Origin: Octopus sinensis
Taxonomy: Eukaryota
DNA: 64,000 nt
Reading direction: 5' to 3'
Assembly (NCBI RefSeq): GCF_006345805.1
Contig: NC_042999.1
Coordinates: 147,932,001-147,996,000, forward strand
Below, piece after piece: positions 1 through 13,784 of the stretch. How positions within the stretch are numbered: the first letter of the stretch is position 1; each line of letters begins with the position of its first letter. A program made the translations under genes and the position numbers. The notes beneath the pieces were generated by a model, which worked only from the letters and a program-made list of their open reading frames with translations, ran no database searches and was not told where the DNA came from.

Positions 1-150
1 TCAGTTTCCGTCTACCAAATCCACTCACAAGGCATTGGTCGGCCCGAGGACATTGTAGAAGACCTTTCCCAAGGTTCCACACAATGGGACTGAACCCGGA
101 ACCATGTGGCTGGTAAGCAAGCTACGTACCACATAGGCACTCTTGCGCCT
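1..150 (-). mobile_element. tRNA-derived SINE, 5' part (CORE-like, resembles octopus OR2-type SINE)
   Basis: The reverse complement reads AGGCGCAAGAGTGCCTATGTGG...GGTTCAGTCCC (A/B-box-like), then ACCTTGGGAAAGGTCTTC, resembling the CORE domain start ACCTTGGGCAAGT. It runs off the window edge. Confidence 0.7.
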
Positions 151-989
151 GTTCATGAAGATGTATAATAAAAACTGTTCTGTCCATAGACCTCCTATAT
201 GTATGTATGACTAGGACTAAAATATTCAACGAACGTGTTTCGAGATTGTATGATGTGATCTTATGGCTATTTGACTGATCCTGCAAGCAGACCGAGTGAC
301 TACGAAGAATGTCACGTGGTGATTAGACGAAACTGCTTCGTAGGATTAGGAGCATTTTCCAAAAATAACGAAACTATCAAAATTAATCTGAATTGATATA
401 TTTACCAAGTTATATCCTTGTTACCGTACACACATATCTTCAGAAGACGGTGTGATTACGTTAGTATGTGTGAATGAATGGGTCTGGGTATAATTAAATA
501 CAACGATTATGCAAAAATATCGGAGGTGGAAATGTGATTCATTTCCAAAACAAACATTTCACTTTAATCTTCTGAACAACAAAGAACATCGATATTGATA
601 ATTAACAAAGAACAGACAAGACTGAAGCAAATAACATCATCAGTAACAAGCAAACAAAAGCAATGAATAAATAGACAAATTTACAATAAATAAATAAATA
701 TATAAAGGGAATTTCTATCGCGTCACTTATATTTCTTTACGAGTATGCCACCACACTCATCGACAAATTCCATGCCGTCTTTAATATTTCCACACCTAAA
801 TGACAGGACTTTCCTTTACAAGCAAAACTCCGATGACATTGGTTAAAAGACTAACATAACACTTATGTCAATTTAAATTGACGTACTGGACATCATATAA
901 TCTATAAGTTTTTGACTGCCCTTAAGATTCAGTCTTCTTCCTCCGGGCTATACGTCTATTTAAACAGTGATAATAAATGCAAATAATTT

Positions 990-1405
990 TCAAATGTTGA
1001 CACAAGGCTAGCAATTTCGGGTGAAGAGATCAGTTGATTACATCGACTCCCCTCTTCACCTAGTACATATTTTATCAACCCCGAAAGAATGAAAACAAAA
1101 GTCGACCTCAGCCGCATTTGAACTCAGAACGTAAAGATGAACGAAATGCCGCTAACGCTTCTGCCACTTCGCCATCTTAATGTTACTTAATATTAGCAGT
1201 AACAAAAGCGACGAGCTGGCTGAATCTTTAGCATACCGGGCAAAATGCTTAAGCGGTAATTCGTCTGTCTGTACGTTCTGGTCGACTTTGCCTTTCATAC
1301 TTTCGGGGTCGATAAATTAAGTACCAGTTGAACAATGGAATCGATATAATCGACTAACACCATACCCCAAAATTCTTGGCCGTGTGACATAATTTGAGAC
1401 CAATA
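990..1405. mobile_element. Two degenerate copies (minus then plus) of the dominant SINE family A (Meta-like central domain)
   Basis: Both carry GTCGACTTTGCCTTTCATnCTTTCGGGGTCGATAAATTAAGTACCAG or its reverse complement. This motif recurs many times across the window. Confidence 0.8.
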
Positions 1406-2203
1406 TTAGCAACAGCAATTTTGTTGGCAAACGTTACAGTAATGACAAAATCTGTGACAAATAACAGATATAAAAACCAGGTGAGAAAGAGCCGATTTCT
1501 TTATTTTCTCATACATGTATCGCTGTAGTGAAATCAGTACAACCTGGATAGGATTCAGACGTAAATTAAAATGTATTTTTAAAGTTTTATATATTTTAAA
1601 CCGCCCATTATTGATCATCGAGTTTTCTACATTTAGAACTCAAAACCTTTTCATAGACTGAAAAAGGAGAGCCGCTCTCGTTAAATCTACATTGAAAGTG
1701 GATTCATCGGAGAAATTAATGGTTCCTAACTCATATTTATACTTTGTCACTTGCCTAATCAGTGGAAGATGTAAAGTATTTTCAGCTCTTTTCAGGATCT
1801 TTAAGATGTGTAGGAAAAAGATAGGGAGCTATAGACAGATGGAACACTTCGTTGTAGGGGTTATCTCGTAGGGGTTATCTTTTCGAGCCTACTGGCTAAT
1901 TAGACTAGAACTTATTCCATTTTCTGTTAAGTATAGGTGACTGAGAATACAAGTGGCGCTCTTAACGAGACACGAGTCCGTAACATAAACACTGTTTACC
2001 AACAATCCTTGGTTCTCATTCACAGCCGAGTTCTTCTGAAGCAGCATTAAACGAAATAACATATTCAAGAACACACCACTTCCTGTTTCAAGAAGTGAAC
2101 CAACGATTCTAGCCACAAGCCTAACACCTAAACTACAAGGTCATAGTCCTTCGGGTGACTGAACTGGTAAGTAATAGGGAACCTCTTTATCACTTCTGTT
2201 TAC

Positions 2204-2420
2204 GGTGGTGAGCTGGCAAAATCGTTAGCTCATCAAGATAAAAATCTTTGAGAAATTTGCTCCAGGTTTTTGAAGTTCAAATCCTGCTGAGGCCACTTCG
2301 GTATTTCTTCCTTTCGAGGTCGATAAAATAAAGTATTTGTCAAGTACTGGAGCTTATGGTATTAACTAACTGCCTCATCTCAAATTTGTTGGGTTTGCTT
2401 CAAAAATAAAACAATTATTC
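2204..2420 (+). mobile_element. Degenerate SINE family A copy
   Basis: GGTGGTGAGCTGGCAAAATCGTTAGC...GTTCAAATCC...CTTTCGAGGTCGATAAAATAAAGTA. Confidence 0.7.
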
Positions 2421-2454
2421 ATCTTTCTATCGTAAACCTTAGAGCATCTGTATA

Positions 2455-2686
2455 CAGTAATCTGTTGATCATCGCGTCTGTTACATTCCAAAATCCCCAG
2501 CAATAGGTGAAAACCCGTGAAGTAAAAACAGTACTGTATATATTTTTTTATTATTCTTATAATTTGTATGTATTTATTTTATTATAAATGTAAAACAACA
2601 CCACAAAGGAATCGACGTAAGCTTAAATAATAAACCGCGATAGGTGAACCGCGAAAGGTGAACCGCGATATGGTGAGGGATTACTG
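2455..2686. mobile_element. Tigger/pogo-like MITE
   Basis: TA|CAGTAATC... and ...GATTACTG|TA terminal inverted repeats with a TA target duplication. Subterminal GAACCGCGA repeats are present. Confidence 0.75.
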
Positions 2687-3088
2687 TAATCACCTTGTCT
2701 CTATTTTCAGTTAAGAAATCCGTTTAGTTTTCTATTTAATTTCTTTTTCGCCTTTTTTTGTTGTTGTTGTTGTTGATGTTTTTTTTTCTAATGTGAATCT
2801 CGGTTGTAACTTCGAGTAGTGTGTAATTGCTAGCGTTTTGAAAGTTTTATCACAAGGTGAGCTCGCCTTGCAGAGACATCCCGCTAATATCTAAATATCC
2901 TACACTTCTATACAACACAATATTCCACGATGATAGCAATGGTGAAAACTCGATAATTTGTTTGCCAGAAAAAGAAAAATTAAAATAGTTTTCTAAATTA
3001 CCATTTCCAAAACAGAATGGAAAAAAAAAATGTTGTTTTCTCCCAAGATTATATTTTACGCTCAATATTTCAACATTTCCAACAACGG

Positions 3089-3120
3089 ATAATAATAAAA
3101 ATAATAATAACAACAACAAC

Positions 3121-3182
<62 letters not shown>
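3089..3182. repeat. (AAT)n microsatellite
   Basis: Direct reading. Confidence 0.95.
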
Positions 3183-3183
<1 letters not shown>

Positions 3184-3699
3184 CAGAACTATATTTTAAG
3201 ACTTGTTTTATATTAGACGTATAAAATAGTAAAAGGAACGTCACAAAATGACCTCCTCTCTTTCTGTCTTTGTTTCATGCTGTTAGCTTCTACATTCACA
3301 TCTTCCTCTCCTCTATCCTCTCTTTTCACACATCGCCCCCGCTCCTCCACCGTATTTTCCAATTCTTTCTCTTCCTTCTTCTCAGCTACGAATTTTCACT
3401 AATGTTGGAGTCCCGCACTAAATATCTCCTTGCTTCAATATTTTAGTATTTTTAATTAAAATACAAGAAGACGCTTGCCTTCATTTCAGTCGCCTGCATT
3501 CCGCTTTCTTTCTCTCCCGAGAATCCTTAGTCTTGTGTCTCAATAATAGAAATCACCATCATCGCCATCCTCATCTTCCTTCCCCCTCTTCCTTTTCTTC
3601 TTCGTCTCATCATCACCACCACCACCACTGCATATTTATCTTCATTACCTCTTTTCAGTAATTGATACTATCTTGTTTCGTGGTTAGGCCAGCTGCACC

Positions 3700-4480
3700 T
3701 CCTGTACTTCTTGTATAGTGTGGAACCTTATCTTCTGTGAAACTAGGATGATTTCATCTGATTTAGTTTGTTGTAAATGTTGTTTTATTATTCATATGTA
3801 ATTGTTTTATTTTGCTTTTTGCTGTTGTAAATATTGTAATAATATAGGGAGGTGATTGGTCACGACATATACTTTATGAGTTAAGTTACTGATAGTGGCT
3901 TGTGCAGAATGCTTACTTTGCCTTGAACAACTCAGTTTTTATTCTCTAAAATTGTACTCTCTAGTATAGCCATTACAATTTTGTTCATAATCGTTTTATT
4001 CAAAACCGCAAAACTAGATATTTTGTATAACTTGTTATATTTTCATACTTGACATCTTATTGAAATGTAATTGTATTTTAATACTCTTCTGACATCCATC
4101 ATAACAGTATTGTGGACAGGAGTACATAAAGAATGTGTATGCCTATAGACGTCAAATTGATGTTTACTAGCGTAGATATAGTCTTTGATTATGATATTCA
4201 GGTTGTTCTTTATCTTGTAATTTTGAATAGGAATTCCTCAGTATATCATAGCCATAAATTGTAACTCACTTGGTTTAATAGGACTGTGTATCCTTTATTA
4301 TCATATGCAACCATTTGTAAATTGCCCGATATTTATAGCTCTCTGTATGGCTATATAAACAGTTTTCGTGATCTGTGTACCCGGAAATATGATCGATATT
4401 TTCGGAAATTAATAACATGATCTAAACTTACTGCTAACCTTTTGTCTGCTTTAGTAATATTAGCTGCTGCTCATGATTCT
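3700..4480 (-). pseudogene. Possible very old LINE APE-endonuclease remnant
   Basis: Only weak motif traces, e.g. TNHLPILL resembling SDHLPI near 3840-3870. Many stops. Confidence 0.25.
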
Positions 4481-4489
4481 ACAGTTTTT

Positions 4490-4640
4490 GGCGACGAATT
4501 AGCAGAGTCGTTAGAGCATCGGACAGAATGCTACGTTGTATTTGTTCCGAATCTCTAATTTCTGAGTTCGAATCCCACCGAGGCCAAATCTGCTTTTCAC
4601 CCTTTCAGAGTCGATAGAAAAGCATCGATCCAAAGCAGGA
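4490..4640 (+). mobile_element. SINE family A, partial
   Basis: GGCGACGAATTAGCAGAGTCGTTAG...GAGTTCGAATCCC...CTTTCAGAGTCGATA. Confidence 0.7.
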
Positions 4641-4884
4641 GATTTACAGGACTGTATGGACGATGGACCGTTATTTACTCCGGCTCTTTGCATTCTGAGT
4701 TCAAGACCTTTTGCGTGGTAGAAATAACTTGTCAACCATCCCCGGCATTTTAGGTGCCTTTAGCGGAGTCTTCTATCGTGCAAGCATTCAAGCCAGGTTT
4801 CCAGTTTTGCAAAGTTTCTTTCCTTGCCCCTTGTCACCTAACATAGTCCATTGACATTGCCCTAACACCAGAGTAAAAGATATA

Positions 4885-5108
4885 TTTCTTTATTGCCCAC
4901 AAGGGGCTAAACATAGAGGGGACAAACAAAGACAGACAAAGGGATTAAGTCGATTACATCGACCACAGTGCGTAACTGGTACTTTATTTATCTACCCCGA
5001 AAGGATGAAAGGTAAAGTCGACCTCGGTGGAATTTGAACTCAGAACGTAGCGGCAGACGAAATACTGCCAAGCATTTCGCCCGGCGTGCTAACGTTTCTG
5101 CCAGCTCG
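4885..5108 (-). mobile_element. SINE family A, well conserved copy
   Basis: Near-identical to the reverse complement of the copies at 31112 and 47952. Confidence 0.9.
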
Positions 5109-5206
5109 ATAAAAGTAAAGACAGTTTAATCCTGATCAACAAGGACCTTATAACGAAGAAAGTCTTAACAGGATTTACATCTACATTATATCCAATGTGT
5201 GAGAAT

Positions 5207-7250
5207 TTAAATCATTCCTATATGGGAGACACTTTGTGTAAGGGCCAACAATCTGTCTTTTTCTGATACACTAGTACTGTGAAGTTCGGCGTCAGTGGAT
5301 CTCATAACTTCCACAGCCGTGAAAGCTACCGAGTACAGTTTGCTATTTCCAATCAACTTGTGAAAGATCATGATTGATCGCATCCCAGTCTGCGTTATGG
5401 AGATCCATAGTGTCACTGGATTTGATCTTTCGCTGGTAGAATCTCAGATCACAGAGAACCATGTCATGCTCTGAGAGTAGTGGTGTTTTTTCCATTGCAA
5501 TATTCAGGATAGTATCAGTGTGGTTACTGAACACTAGGTCCAAGGTGTTTTTGTGACACCTTGTTGGTTCGCGAACAAATTGGATCAGGGAAAACTCATC
5601 CATGAAATCAAAAAGCAATTTGATTCCTTCCTTATGAGAGGTTGAGGTAGAAAAACCTGGTTTCAAACTGTTTGTGGACCAATCAGCATTGGAAAGGTTG
5701 AAGTCCCCCATCATAATATGTTGTCAGCATGACATTGATGGATGAATCACTTAATACTGTTGAGGCATTCCATGAAGCGTAGTAGAGGAGTTAGAGGTGG
5801 TCTATAAAGCCCATCTACAATTAAATTGTTGGTTTTATTAAACACAGAAGCTGTTTCACAGTAGCTATTGGTAAATACGTCTATTGATTCAGCCGAAAAA
5901 GAATCGTGCATGAAAATGGCCGTCCCAACCTTTCTTCTGCCGACACTATCTGCACGGATGGCTGTACAATTCTTCAGTATCACCTCAGCTTCCAAGTGGA
6001 GGTTATTGAGATGGGTCTCTGTGAAGACGAAAAAAGGGATATGGTGTGGATGGTCATTAACCGAGTCCTCAATAAATTGGATTTTCCACTTTTGGGCATT
6101 GGTGGAAGGGCTGATGCCTTGTGCATTGAACAAAATGTTGAGGCGATAGCGGTGACTGATTTTGACTGTTTTGGTGATTTGCTTGTTACTGGCAGCAATG
6201 GGAGTTTCTGCAATAGGGTTGTGGTGGGGTGGCATTGTGTGATGGCTAGAATGTTCTTTTGTAGCTCTTTCGCCAGATTCATCATGGCTACAAAAGAATT
6301 CCGCTTGGAGAACTGAAAATGTTTATGGTTGTAGGTTTTGCATTGGTTATGGATCCCGTTTATATTTTTATTTGTGCGACGAGTCCCCGGGAGATAGGTA
6401 AATGGATGATTATTCTGTAGACATGATCTGTTACGCTGGGAATAGCGGGAGACTCTAGGGTCCTGTGTAACATGAGTGTCTTTTTTTTTCAAATTTGATT
6501 TAGTATTTGGTGAGGGTGGTTGTGGAGTGGTTTTAGATTGTGCACATTGGTGGTAGCGGCTGTTGTGACTAAGAATTGAACGTTTAGTCCCTGGTATGAA
6601 TGAATTTTCAATCAGTCAGTGCACAACCTCTTGCGTAGTGAATAGCGGCATTTTGGGGGCTTCGTGCATAGGTTGCGGGAGGCATAGATTTTAATTTGTG
6701 TACATTTGCGTTTGGCAAATTCATTAAGGGGTCTTCAAGTAAGCATTTAGTTGGTTGATCACAAATTGAGATAGTAGTAGGTTGAAGCTGTATCTGTTGC
6801 TGTTTTGAGGTTATTGATGTTGTTATTGTGATTCTTGTTGCTGTAATTGTTGCTGCTGGTGAAGATTTGATAGGTGGGTAACAAACTCTGGTTGAATTGG
6901 CTATGAACAACTGAAATCTGAGAAGCTGACCGTTTCATTAAGTAGGTCATCAATTGTGGATGAATTAAGGAATGTTAAAGTTTGAGGCTGTGTCATTTGT
7001 TCTTGCTGTGCTTGTTCTTGTTGATGCTGTGGTGATTGCTGTTGTTTTTGCTGAGGTGGTCGTTGTTGTTGCTGTGATGATTGTTGTTGTTGGTGTGGTG
7101 GCTGTTGTTGCTGCCGAGGTGGTTGCTGTTGTTACCGTGGTGGTTGTTGTTGCCGTAGCGGTGGTTTATACTGTTCGTGTTGACCAGTATTTGAAGAGAA
7201 AACACGTTGGAGTTTTTCAATCGTGTATCGTATATAAACGAGCAAAAATA
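5207..7250 (-). mobile_element. CR1-like LINE, 5' portion: low-complexity/zinc-finger ORF1 plus APE endonuclease, frameshifted and 3'-truncated
   Basis: APE motifs FNAQG, FTETHL, RAD..GR.K.GTAIF, LYRPP, MGDFN, PTR..NTLDLVFSN and SEHDMV (ORFs 5747-6235 and 5343-5714). ORF1 traces PPKCRYSLRKRLCTD..KFIH look like a CCCH finger. Confidence 0.85.
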
Positions 7251-7704
7251 AACTATTATTTGCATTTTTTGCGTTGTGTTTGCATTTTGTGTGCAATACT
7301 TCACCCATTTTAGTTATTTTTATCGCTTTATTTTTTGAGCTAATAACTGAAATTGAAATTATAAATTTAGACAGAAATAAAGCGTCAATCAGAAAGAACG
7401 CAAAACGATTTTTTTTTCTATATTGGGTTTCACTCAACACAAAGAAAATTTTTTGCAAGATTTTCTTCGCAATGAAATATGGAAAAAATAAACTGAAAGA
7501 AATTTGAAAGTTTTCCTCTATCTTTATACCAGTTTCCACTGTGACGACGGTGAAATATCCTCTTCAAGAGCAAATTTGCATTGTCAGCACAGTATATTCC
7601 CTGGGGAAACTCGCGACGATGGTATACAAACAACTGTAATTAAATTCAATGTAGAAGCATAATTCCTGATGTTATTGTTTTAATTAATGTGGTGCATTAT
7701 CAGA

Positions 7705-7815
7705 GTGGGTAAAGCGCTGGATATAATTTCGCATTATTCGTTCCAACTTCATGTGATCTGACTTCAAATTCCACTGAGGTCAAATTTGCTTTCATCCGCT
7801 CTGAATCGATAAAAG
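7705..7815 (+). mobile_element. Degenerate SINE family A fragment
   Basis: TTCAAATTCCACTGAGGTCAAATTTGCTTTCATCC...ATCGATAAAA. Confidence 0.6.
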
Positions 7816-8129
7816 TGTAAGAATCCAAGGCAGTATATTATAAGAGGCTGGTGTCTGTTTTAACTCTAAATGTTCTGAGCGCAACGTCTGATATTTTGTG
7901 TCGACTTATGTCTACGGTCCTTCCCTAGGATATCCATCGGATATCCTCGGAGACTTGCATACATGGACAACTGCTTGTCTTCCTCAGTCTTGCCATGGTA
8001 TCCCTATATCTCTAGAGAAGCTTGATCAACAATGACTAACGGATGCCACCACAAGGTTACCAGATTATCGGGAAGATTGTGAATCGGGGAAAGCAGTAGG
8101 GCACTGATAAAATTAATTGTACCTGGGAC

Positions 8130-8870
8130 GAACGGGATCCAATGGTGGAGTGGTGCTTTTCTGGAAAGACTTGCTTAGAATTGTATGGCGGACAGGTCTC
8201 TATTTAGGAGCATTATGTCAGCTGAATCTCCTCCTTCTCCAACAACCCCTTCCATCTGATGTCCACCATTATAAAAACATCATCATTTCCAACAACCTTT
8301 GTTCTATTGTCACCAAGCTAATCATCCATACCTACACTGCACCCTATAGTTCTTCACCCACATTCCCACACTGAACAATTCAATCACCCCCTCCTCACTC
8401 CTTTCTACGGCAGAATGTTTAATACTGCCTTTCCTGCCCACATTCCTGACACCAATCACACTATTCTCCCCCTTTAAATCCGTTGCATTCTCTGGAGTTT
8501 CTTCTTGTTTTTCTCGCTAGATTTTGAATTCTTATAAACAGTCATCCCACATGTTGATAGTCTTCTCACTCACGTTAAAACCAGAACTTCTACCCTCTTC
8601 TGCATTGCTGAGCTTATCCTCCCCCTGAAATTGTTGGAGTAACCATGGGAACTAGGATAGGCCTTAAATATGCTAATTTATTTTGCTGATTATGTTGACG
8701 AATAATCTTCACTCCAGATCACTGGCCCCAGTCCACAGCTCTTATCCCACCCAACTCACCACCTTCATAAACTTCGTTGACTCTTTGCACCTAGTTGTCG
8801 ACAGCACTTTCAAATTCTCCTCTTCTGTCAATTTATTTTGACATCTCTGTCCTTATTGATTGATACGACT
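8130..8870 (+). pseudogene. Penelope-like element reverse transcriptase remnant
   Basis: VWRTGLYLGALCQL resembles VVWRTDLY.EA.RQL. TLFCIAELIL and GVTMGTRIGLKYANLF resemble GVAMGTRMGPSYANLF. FINFVDSLH and FDISV are also present. Confidence 0.75.
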
Positions 8871-8899
8871 TCTCTTTCCCAACAAATCAACACCTTCCC

Positions 8900-9300
8900 T
8901 ACGCCTACATAACCATTGTAGCTATGGTCACGATTTCGAAAACTAGCCTCACTTGATGGTCTTTCACTTTTTGCACCTGGGCTATATCTTGTCCCTTGTC
9001 AAAAATGCCGTCCTCTGAGTGTGTATGATCGCATCTCTGCCTGTATGCCATGCACCAATTGTAGTCTATGACCGTTTCCCCTCCCATTCAAATTCCACCC
9101 TAATAATTTATTTCTTGAACACTCCATCCCGTGTACTTTTGCAGTCTTTACTAAGACTACATGGCCTCTCTCATATTCCATAGATTTTCTTTTGCCTTTT
9201 TGAAACCTCTGATTTGCATCACGTTTAGCTCGTATCCCTTTATTGTAACTGCTACCCTAGATCTTGTTCTTGGTGAATGCAATGACATATAGTACATGAC
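8900..9300 (-). pseudogene. Degenerate LINE (RTE-like) endonuclease fragment
   Basis: ERGHVVLVKTAKVHGM and GGETVIDY resemble the APE motifs (N..G..L..FA..H.L, QIDY). Confidence 0.35.
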
Positions 9301-10334
9301 CTTGCATTCACAACACTACTGATTTCCTTGGAACCAAACAGTATCTCCTCCTTAACATTGACCTTTTTACTTGTGTCAGATATCTGTCGTCCTACATGTC
9401 AGTCATTTCAGCTCTGATACATTGAAAAGCCGGCTGTAAGGTATACGGATTGTATCCTCAAACATTTACAAGACGCCTACCTAAAAATAACGCGTTACTT
9501 GTCTATCACAACTTCACCCCAAACGCTCACACTGTTTTTCCCCTCTCATTCTATTGTGTAAGTTCAGGCCTCAGTTCACGTGCTTTTTACTACCACAAAG
9601 TACACCACCTCACCTTTACCCTCGGCTATTTCTCAACCCCGAACATTAATAACGTGTTGATGTTCACATAAAAGCATTCTGTCACTTCGATTTCTTACCT
9701 CCTACATTACACCCCACCACAATATAAATGATAATAATGCACATTTATCTTACACCCACCATGTTTCGCACTGCGGCCTCCTGATACTACCAGCCAACAT
9801 GGGTCCAACCGTCTGTGTCCGTAGATGAGCCAGCTTATCTCAGTAGACCGTAGGCGAGCTCAAAAAGCCAAGTGGCTTAGAGATCGAAGTGTTAGTCATA
9901 CAAATCAGAAGAGTTGAGAATAACAAACAAAACTGTTGAGTATAAGCAAAATAAAAGAACTTTAAGAGGCAAATAAACATTTATGGAATATATTTTCGTG
10001 AGTTCTTTCATTTACCTCTGAAATGTGTAGACTTTATTCACCAGTCAAATGGTTTATCTGCCATCTTTCCTGTTTTTTTTTTGCGACTGCACTCTGCTGT
10101 TACCTCAGATTCACGTTAGTCCGGTAACCAACTTCACGCTCTGCGTTCTTTACGTTGCCAAGTTCACACTGACTATGTTCGTAGTCAGTTCAAAACCGTT
10201 CACCTTACAGCAAAGACGCTACTGTTTATATTAACCACTGATGAAACTATCGCATCGAACCGTCTTATCAACTGGCGTAAACTTCCCGGCATTCACTTCG
10301 AACCAACCGCTCAACACCAACTCGCATCGTCTAC

Positions 10335-10568
10335 CTATTTCTTTACTACCCACAAGGGGCTAAACACAGAGAGGACAAGCAAGGACAGGCACACGGATTA
10401 AGTCGATTACATCGACCCCCAGTGCGTAACTGGTACTTAATTTATCGACCCCGAAAGGATAAAAGGCAAAGTCGACCTCGGCAGAATTTGAAGTCAGAAC
10501 GTAACGGCTACGAAATACCGCTAAGCATTTCGTCCGGCGTGCTAACGGTTCTGCCAACTCGCCGCCTT
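10335..10568 (-). mobile_element. SINE family A, near full length
   Basis: Reverse complement of the GGCGGCGAGTTGGCAGAACCGTTAGCACG...GTCGACTTTGCC...AGCCCCTTGTGGGTAGTAAAGAAATAGG consensus. Confidence 0.9.
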
Positions 10569-11335
10569 GCGTCTACCGTCGCACATCGGCTCCCTGCATG
10601 GACTAACTCGCTATGTGCTCACCAGTAGTATGTACAGTCCGCGCACACAGTAAAAGCGCGCCAAGCCGTATAGCCTACGCTTTTAACAGTCACGTGTTCG
10701 CAATGAATTATATATATTTTTTTTTCCTTTTCCCTTGCAAAACCAGAGGGTGGTGTTCTAATTCGCCTCGTACGAACGCGAAATTATCTGAATATAATTT
10801 TTCATTCGTGACAATATATTCAGATATCGATATTCTGAATTTAACCACTTTCTATTCTTATTGTCTCTCACTTGTACGCTCTTTCAAAACCTCATTTTTC
10901 TTATCATGTCCGTCCTTCTCTATTTTCTCTCTATCGTTGTTGACTATGCTCATACAATATGTAATCTGTCGCCAACTTTGGCGATTTCTCTCATTATATC
11001 TCCCCACTAATTCAATCTTTCATTTTCTCAATCTGTCTCCATCTCACGCTCTTTCAAGACTTACTCTCACTAAGATCGACACTTCCTCTTCATTTGCATT
11101 CCTTTTATCTTTCTTTACAACTTTCTTTTTACATTAATCCTGCAACGTAAACGGATGTCGTACATTTGATACTTTTCCGTTGTTTTTTTTTTCTTGTTTC
11201 TCACAACTTTGACTTCTATTTCAGAAAGGGGTTACCCAACAAATGCTTGATGCATTTATTTTCAATAGCATATGTATCTTTAATGGACCCATTTATTTTT
11301 TATTCTACATATGTTTGATAGTTTATGTTTCAGGT

Positions 11336-11402
11336 TTTTACGCTTCTCCAAATATGTTTTACGCTTCTCCAGATATGTTTTACGCTTCTCCAGATATGTT
11401 TA
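11336..11402. repeat. 21-bp tandem repeat (TTTTACGCTTCTCCAGATATG) x3
   Basis: Direct reading. Confidence 0.9.
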
Positions 11403-12569
11403 ACTTCACTTATTATTATTTATTATTTGCTTGCCTCTTCAATACGGATTCTACTTGCTACTGCCACAGTTAACCTACTGTGTTTTTAACTTTTAGAACT
11501 CAACACCTACATTCCATTTTACTGATTACTCGACCTAGGTGGATATAGAATGAAATTGGAGTCAATATAAAATGCAATGATCTAGCTTGTGATAGAATGA
11601 CAGGGATATTTGTAGATATTAAATCTTATAACCTCTCTTCCTATCACTACAAAATGCTACACTAAAAGAACGAGTGAAAAGTTCGTCTACGCAATAGGTG
11701 GATCTGCTTGAAATGCTTGCTAAATCTTATTAAAACCATAGCCTACTGATTAAAACATTGATCGAGGGCACAGAGTAGCTAGGAGTACAGCACATGTGGA
11801 ATCAAAATTAGATAGTCGTAGCTGAAATACATTTGAACTTAAGTCCGGCTATCAAGCAACACCTGGGGTACTACAATACTAACGCTATCTAAATTCAGTT
11901 TGTATTTTGATTAGAATAGTTAAGTTCTAACAATGTTTAATATACTTTTAAACAAGATCTTCAACGCATTTATGAATCCATTATATTGGTTTAATTTTGG
12001 TTCATTATTTCGTTATGATAAAAAGAATATCGAATTTCATTATTATCATTTAGGGATAAAATATAGCGAATTGACTCTCTCTTTCTCTTTCTCTCTCTCC
12101 CTCCTTTTCCCCCTCTCTCTCACACACCCATATACACTGTCTCTCTCTCGCTCTCTCTTTTCAACTCTGTTTCTTTCTTTCTCCCTCTCTCCCTCTCTCT
12201 CTCTCTCTCCCTTTCAATAACATGCAATATTTATTTTATTGGCCCCCAAAGGTGTATCTGAAAAATCATACCCAAGAACATAGGCGCCATTTCTTTCGGC
12301 CAATTTACCCAACAATCTACTGTCCCTTTCATTTTATCCATTTTTTTTTTCTAGTAGAAATACCAATAAAGAAATTTGGAACACAAGTAAACTTGATACC
12401 GCTTCACTTATGTTTGCGACAAATTCGAACCTGTAAAAGAGCCATTCACTGCATAGTTTTCATGAAGAAAAATTCTCGATGTAGACAAAAATGTGTAAAC
12501 ACACCAATCAGTCCGGAGCGAAGAGAGCGATGGATGCATGCATTTTGATGTAGTTATCTTCTTTTCGGC

Positions 12570-12803
12570 ATCACAAACTGGGATAGTAGCAGGTTGGAGC
12601 TGTATCTGTTGCTGTTTTAGAGGTTGTTGATGTTGTTGTGATTCTTGTTGCTGATGTTGAAGATTTGATGGGTAGGTAGGTAACAAACTCTGGTTGAATT
12701 GGCTGTGAACAACTGAAATCTGAGAAGTTGACCGTTTCATTAAGTAGGTCATCAATTGTGGATGAATTAAGGAATGTTAAAGGTTGAGGCCGTGTCAGTT
12801 GTT
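12570..12803 (-). mobile_element. Second fragment of the CR1-like ORF1 region seen at about 6770-7000
   Basis: Near-identical sequence; both translate MMTYLMKRS.SQISVVHSQFNQSLLPTY. Confidence 0.85.
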
Positions 12804-12949
12804 GAACGAGAGGTTCTCCAAACTAAGACAGACCAGGTCTTTCTTTTTATGCTCCAGTAAGGGTACTGACTAGTTGCGCCAGTAGGCGACCCGGCAGTAG
12901 TAAAATACGGATTAGAAGCTCTTTTATCGAAGCATCATCCAGTCAGGCT

Positions 12950-13500
12950 GGTTGCCCAGGCCAGCCTAACTACCTCTTTACATCCCTTCCGATCCTCCAT
13001 TATTGTTTTTAGGTCTTCAACTTGGCATATAACATCTTCTGCAAGGTGTTGTATATACGTCTTCCGTGGTCTCCAGCCGCTGTGGTATGATGATTTGGTG
13101 TCCACAGCAACACATTACTCACAGGTTCTTCTTTACTTCTCCAGCAGAAGCCAGCAAACCGCAATCTCCACTCTTGGATGGTTGATGAGACAGTTGATAC
13201 ATTCCCATATAACCGTTGTTTGTTAGTTGCTCCCTCCAAGAGGTGTTGACCACTGCACGTAACATTCCGGTACAGGCACCGTCCAACTCTCTTGGTGAGA
13301 GACCAAGTCGGAAATCCATATACAAGCACAAATTCAACAACTACTCTGAACAATTCTCTCTCCAGTTTATGTAGAAGGGTTGATCTCCACATTGTTCGAA
13401 GACCGTCTATAGCTGCCCAAGCCTTAGCAACGCAAGATTTAATATCTTTTTCAGTGGACACGATATTACTGCCTAGGTAAGAAAAATCGTTGAAAATAAC
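12950..13500 (-). pseudogene. RTE-clade LINE ORF2 C-terminus, frameshifted
   Basis: DFSYLGS..STEKDIK..AKAWAA, VEFVLVYG..TWSLT, LDGACTGMLR, RLRFAG, LLWTP, GRPRKTY. Confidence 0.85.
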
Positions 13501-13524
13501 ATCTACAATAATAGTTGCCAATTT

Positions 13525-13784
13525 CTAAGTAATGATATATTCAAATATAAACTTGTTACCTGTTCAACTATGCTTGAGACATTTTATAACTCGTAAGAAT
13601 ACAATTCGCTGCATTTTGTCATGTAGAAAAATGTGTGCCGTTGACAAAGAGTGAGAACAGACCAAATCCGTCTGAAGTGCCCTCCATGACAAAATGAAGT
13701 GAAAGGCTTTCTTACGGGCTCGAAAGTGTTTCAAGCATATTTGAACTGGTAACAAGTTTGTATTATATAGATATCACAACTTAG
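13525..13784. mobile_element. Old fold-back/MITE-like element with about 100-bp imperfect inverted arms
   Basis: Left arm CTAAGT...AAACTTGTTACCTGTTCAACTATGCTTGA...CGTAAGAA...CATTTTGTCATG is mirrored by CATGACAAAATG...TTCTTACG...TCAAGCATATTTGAACTGGTAACAAGTTT...ACTTAG. Confidence 0.7.
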
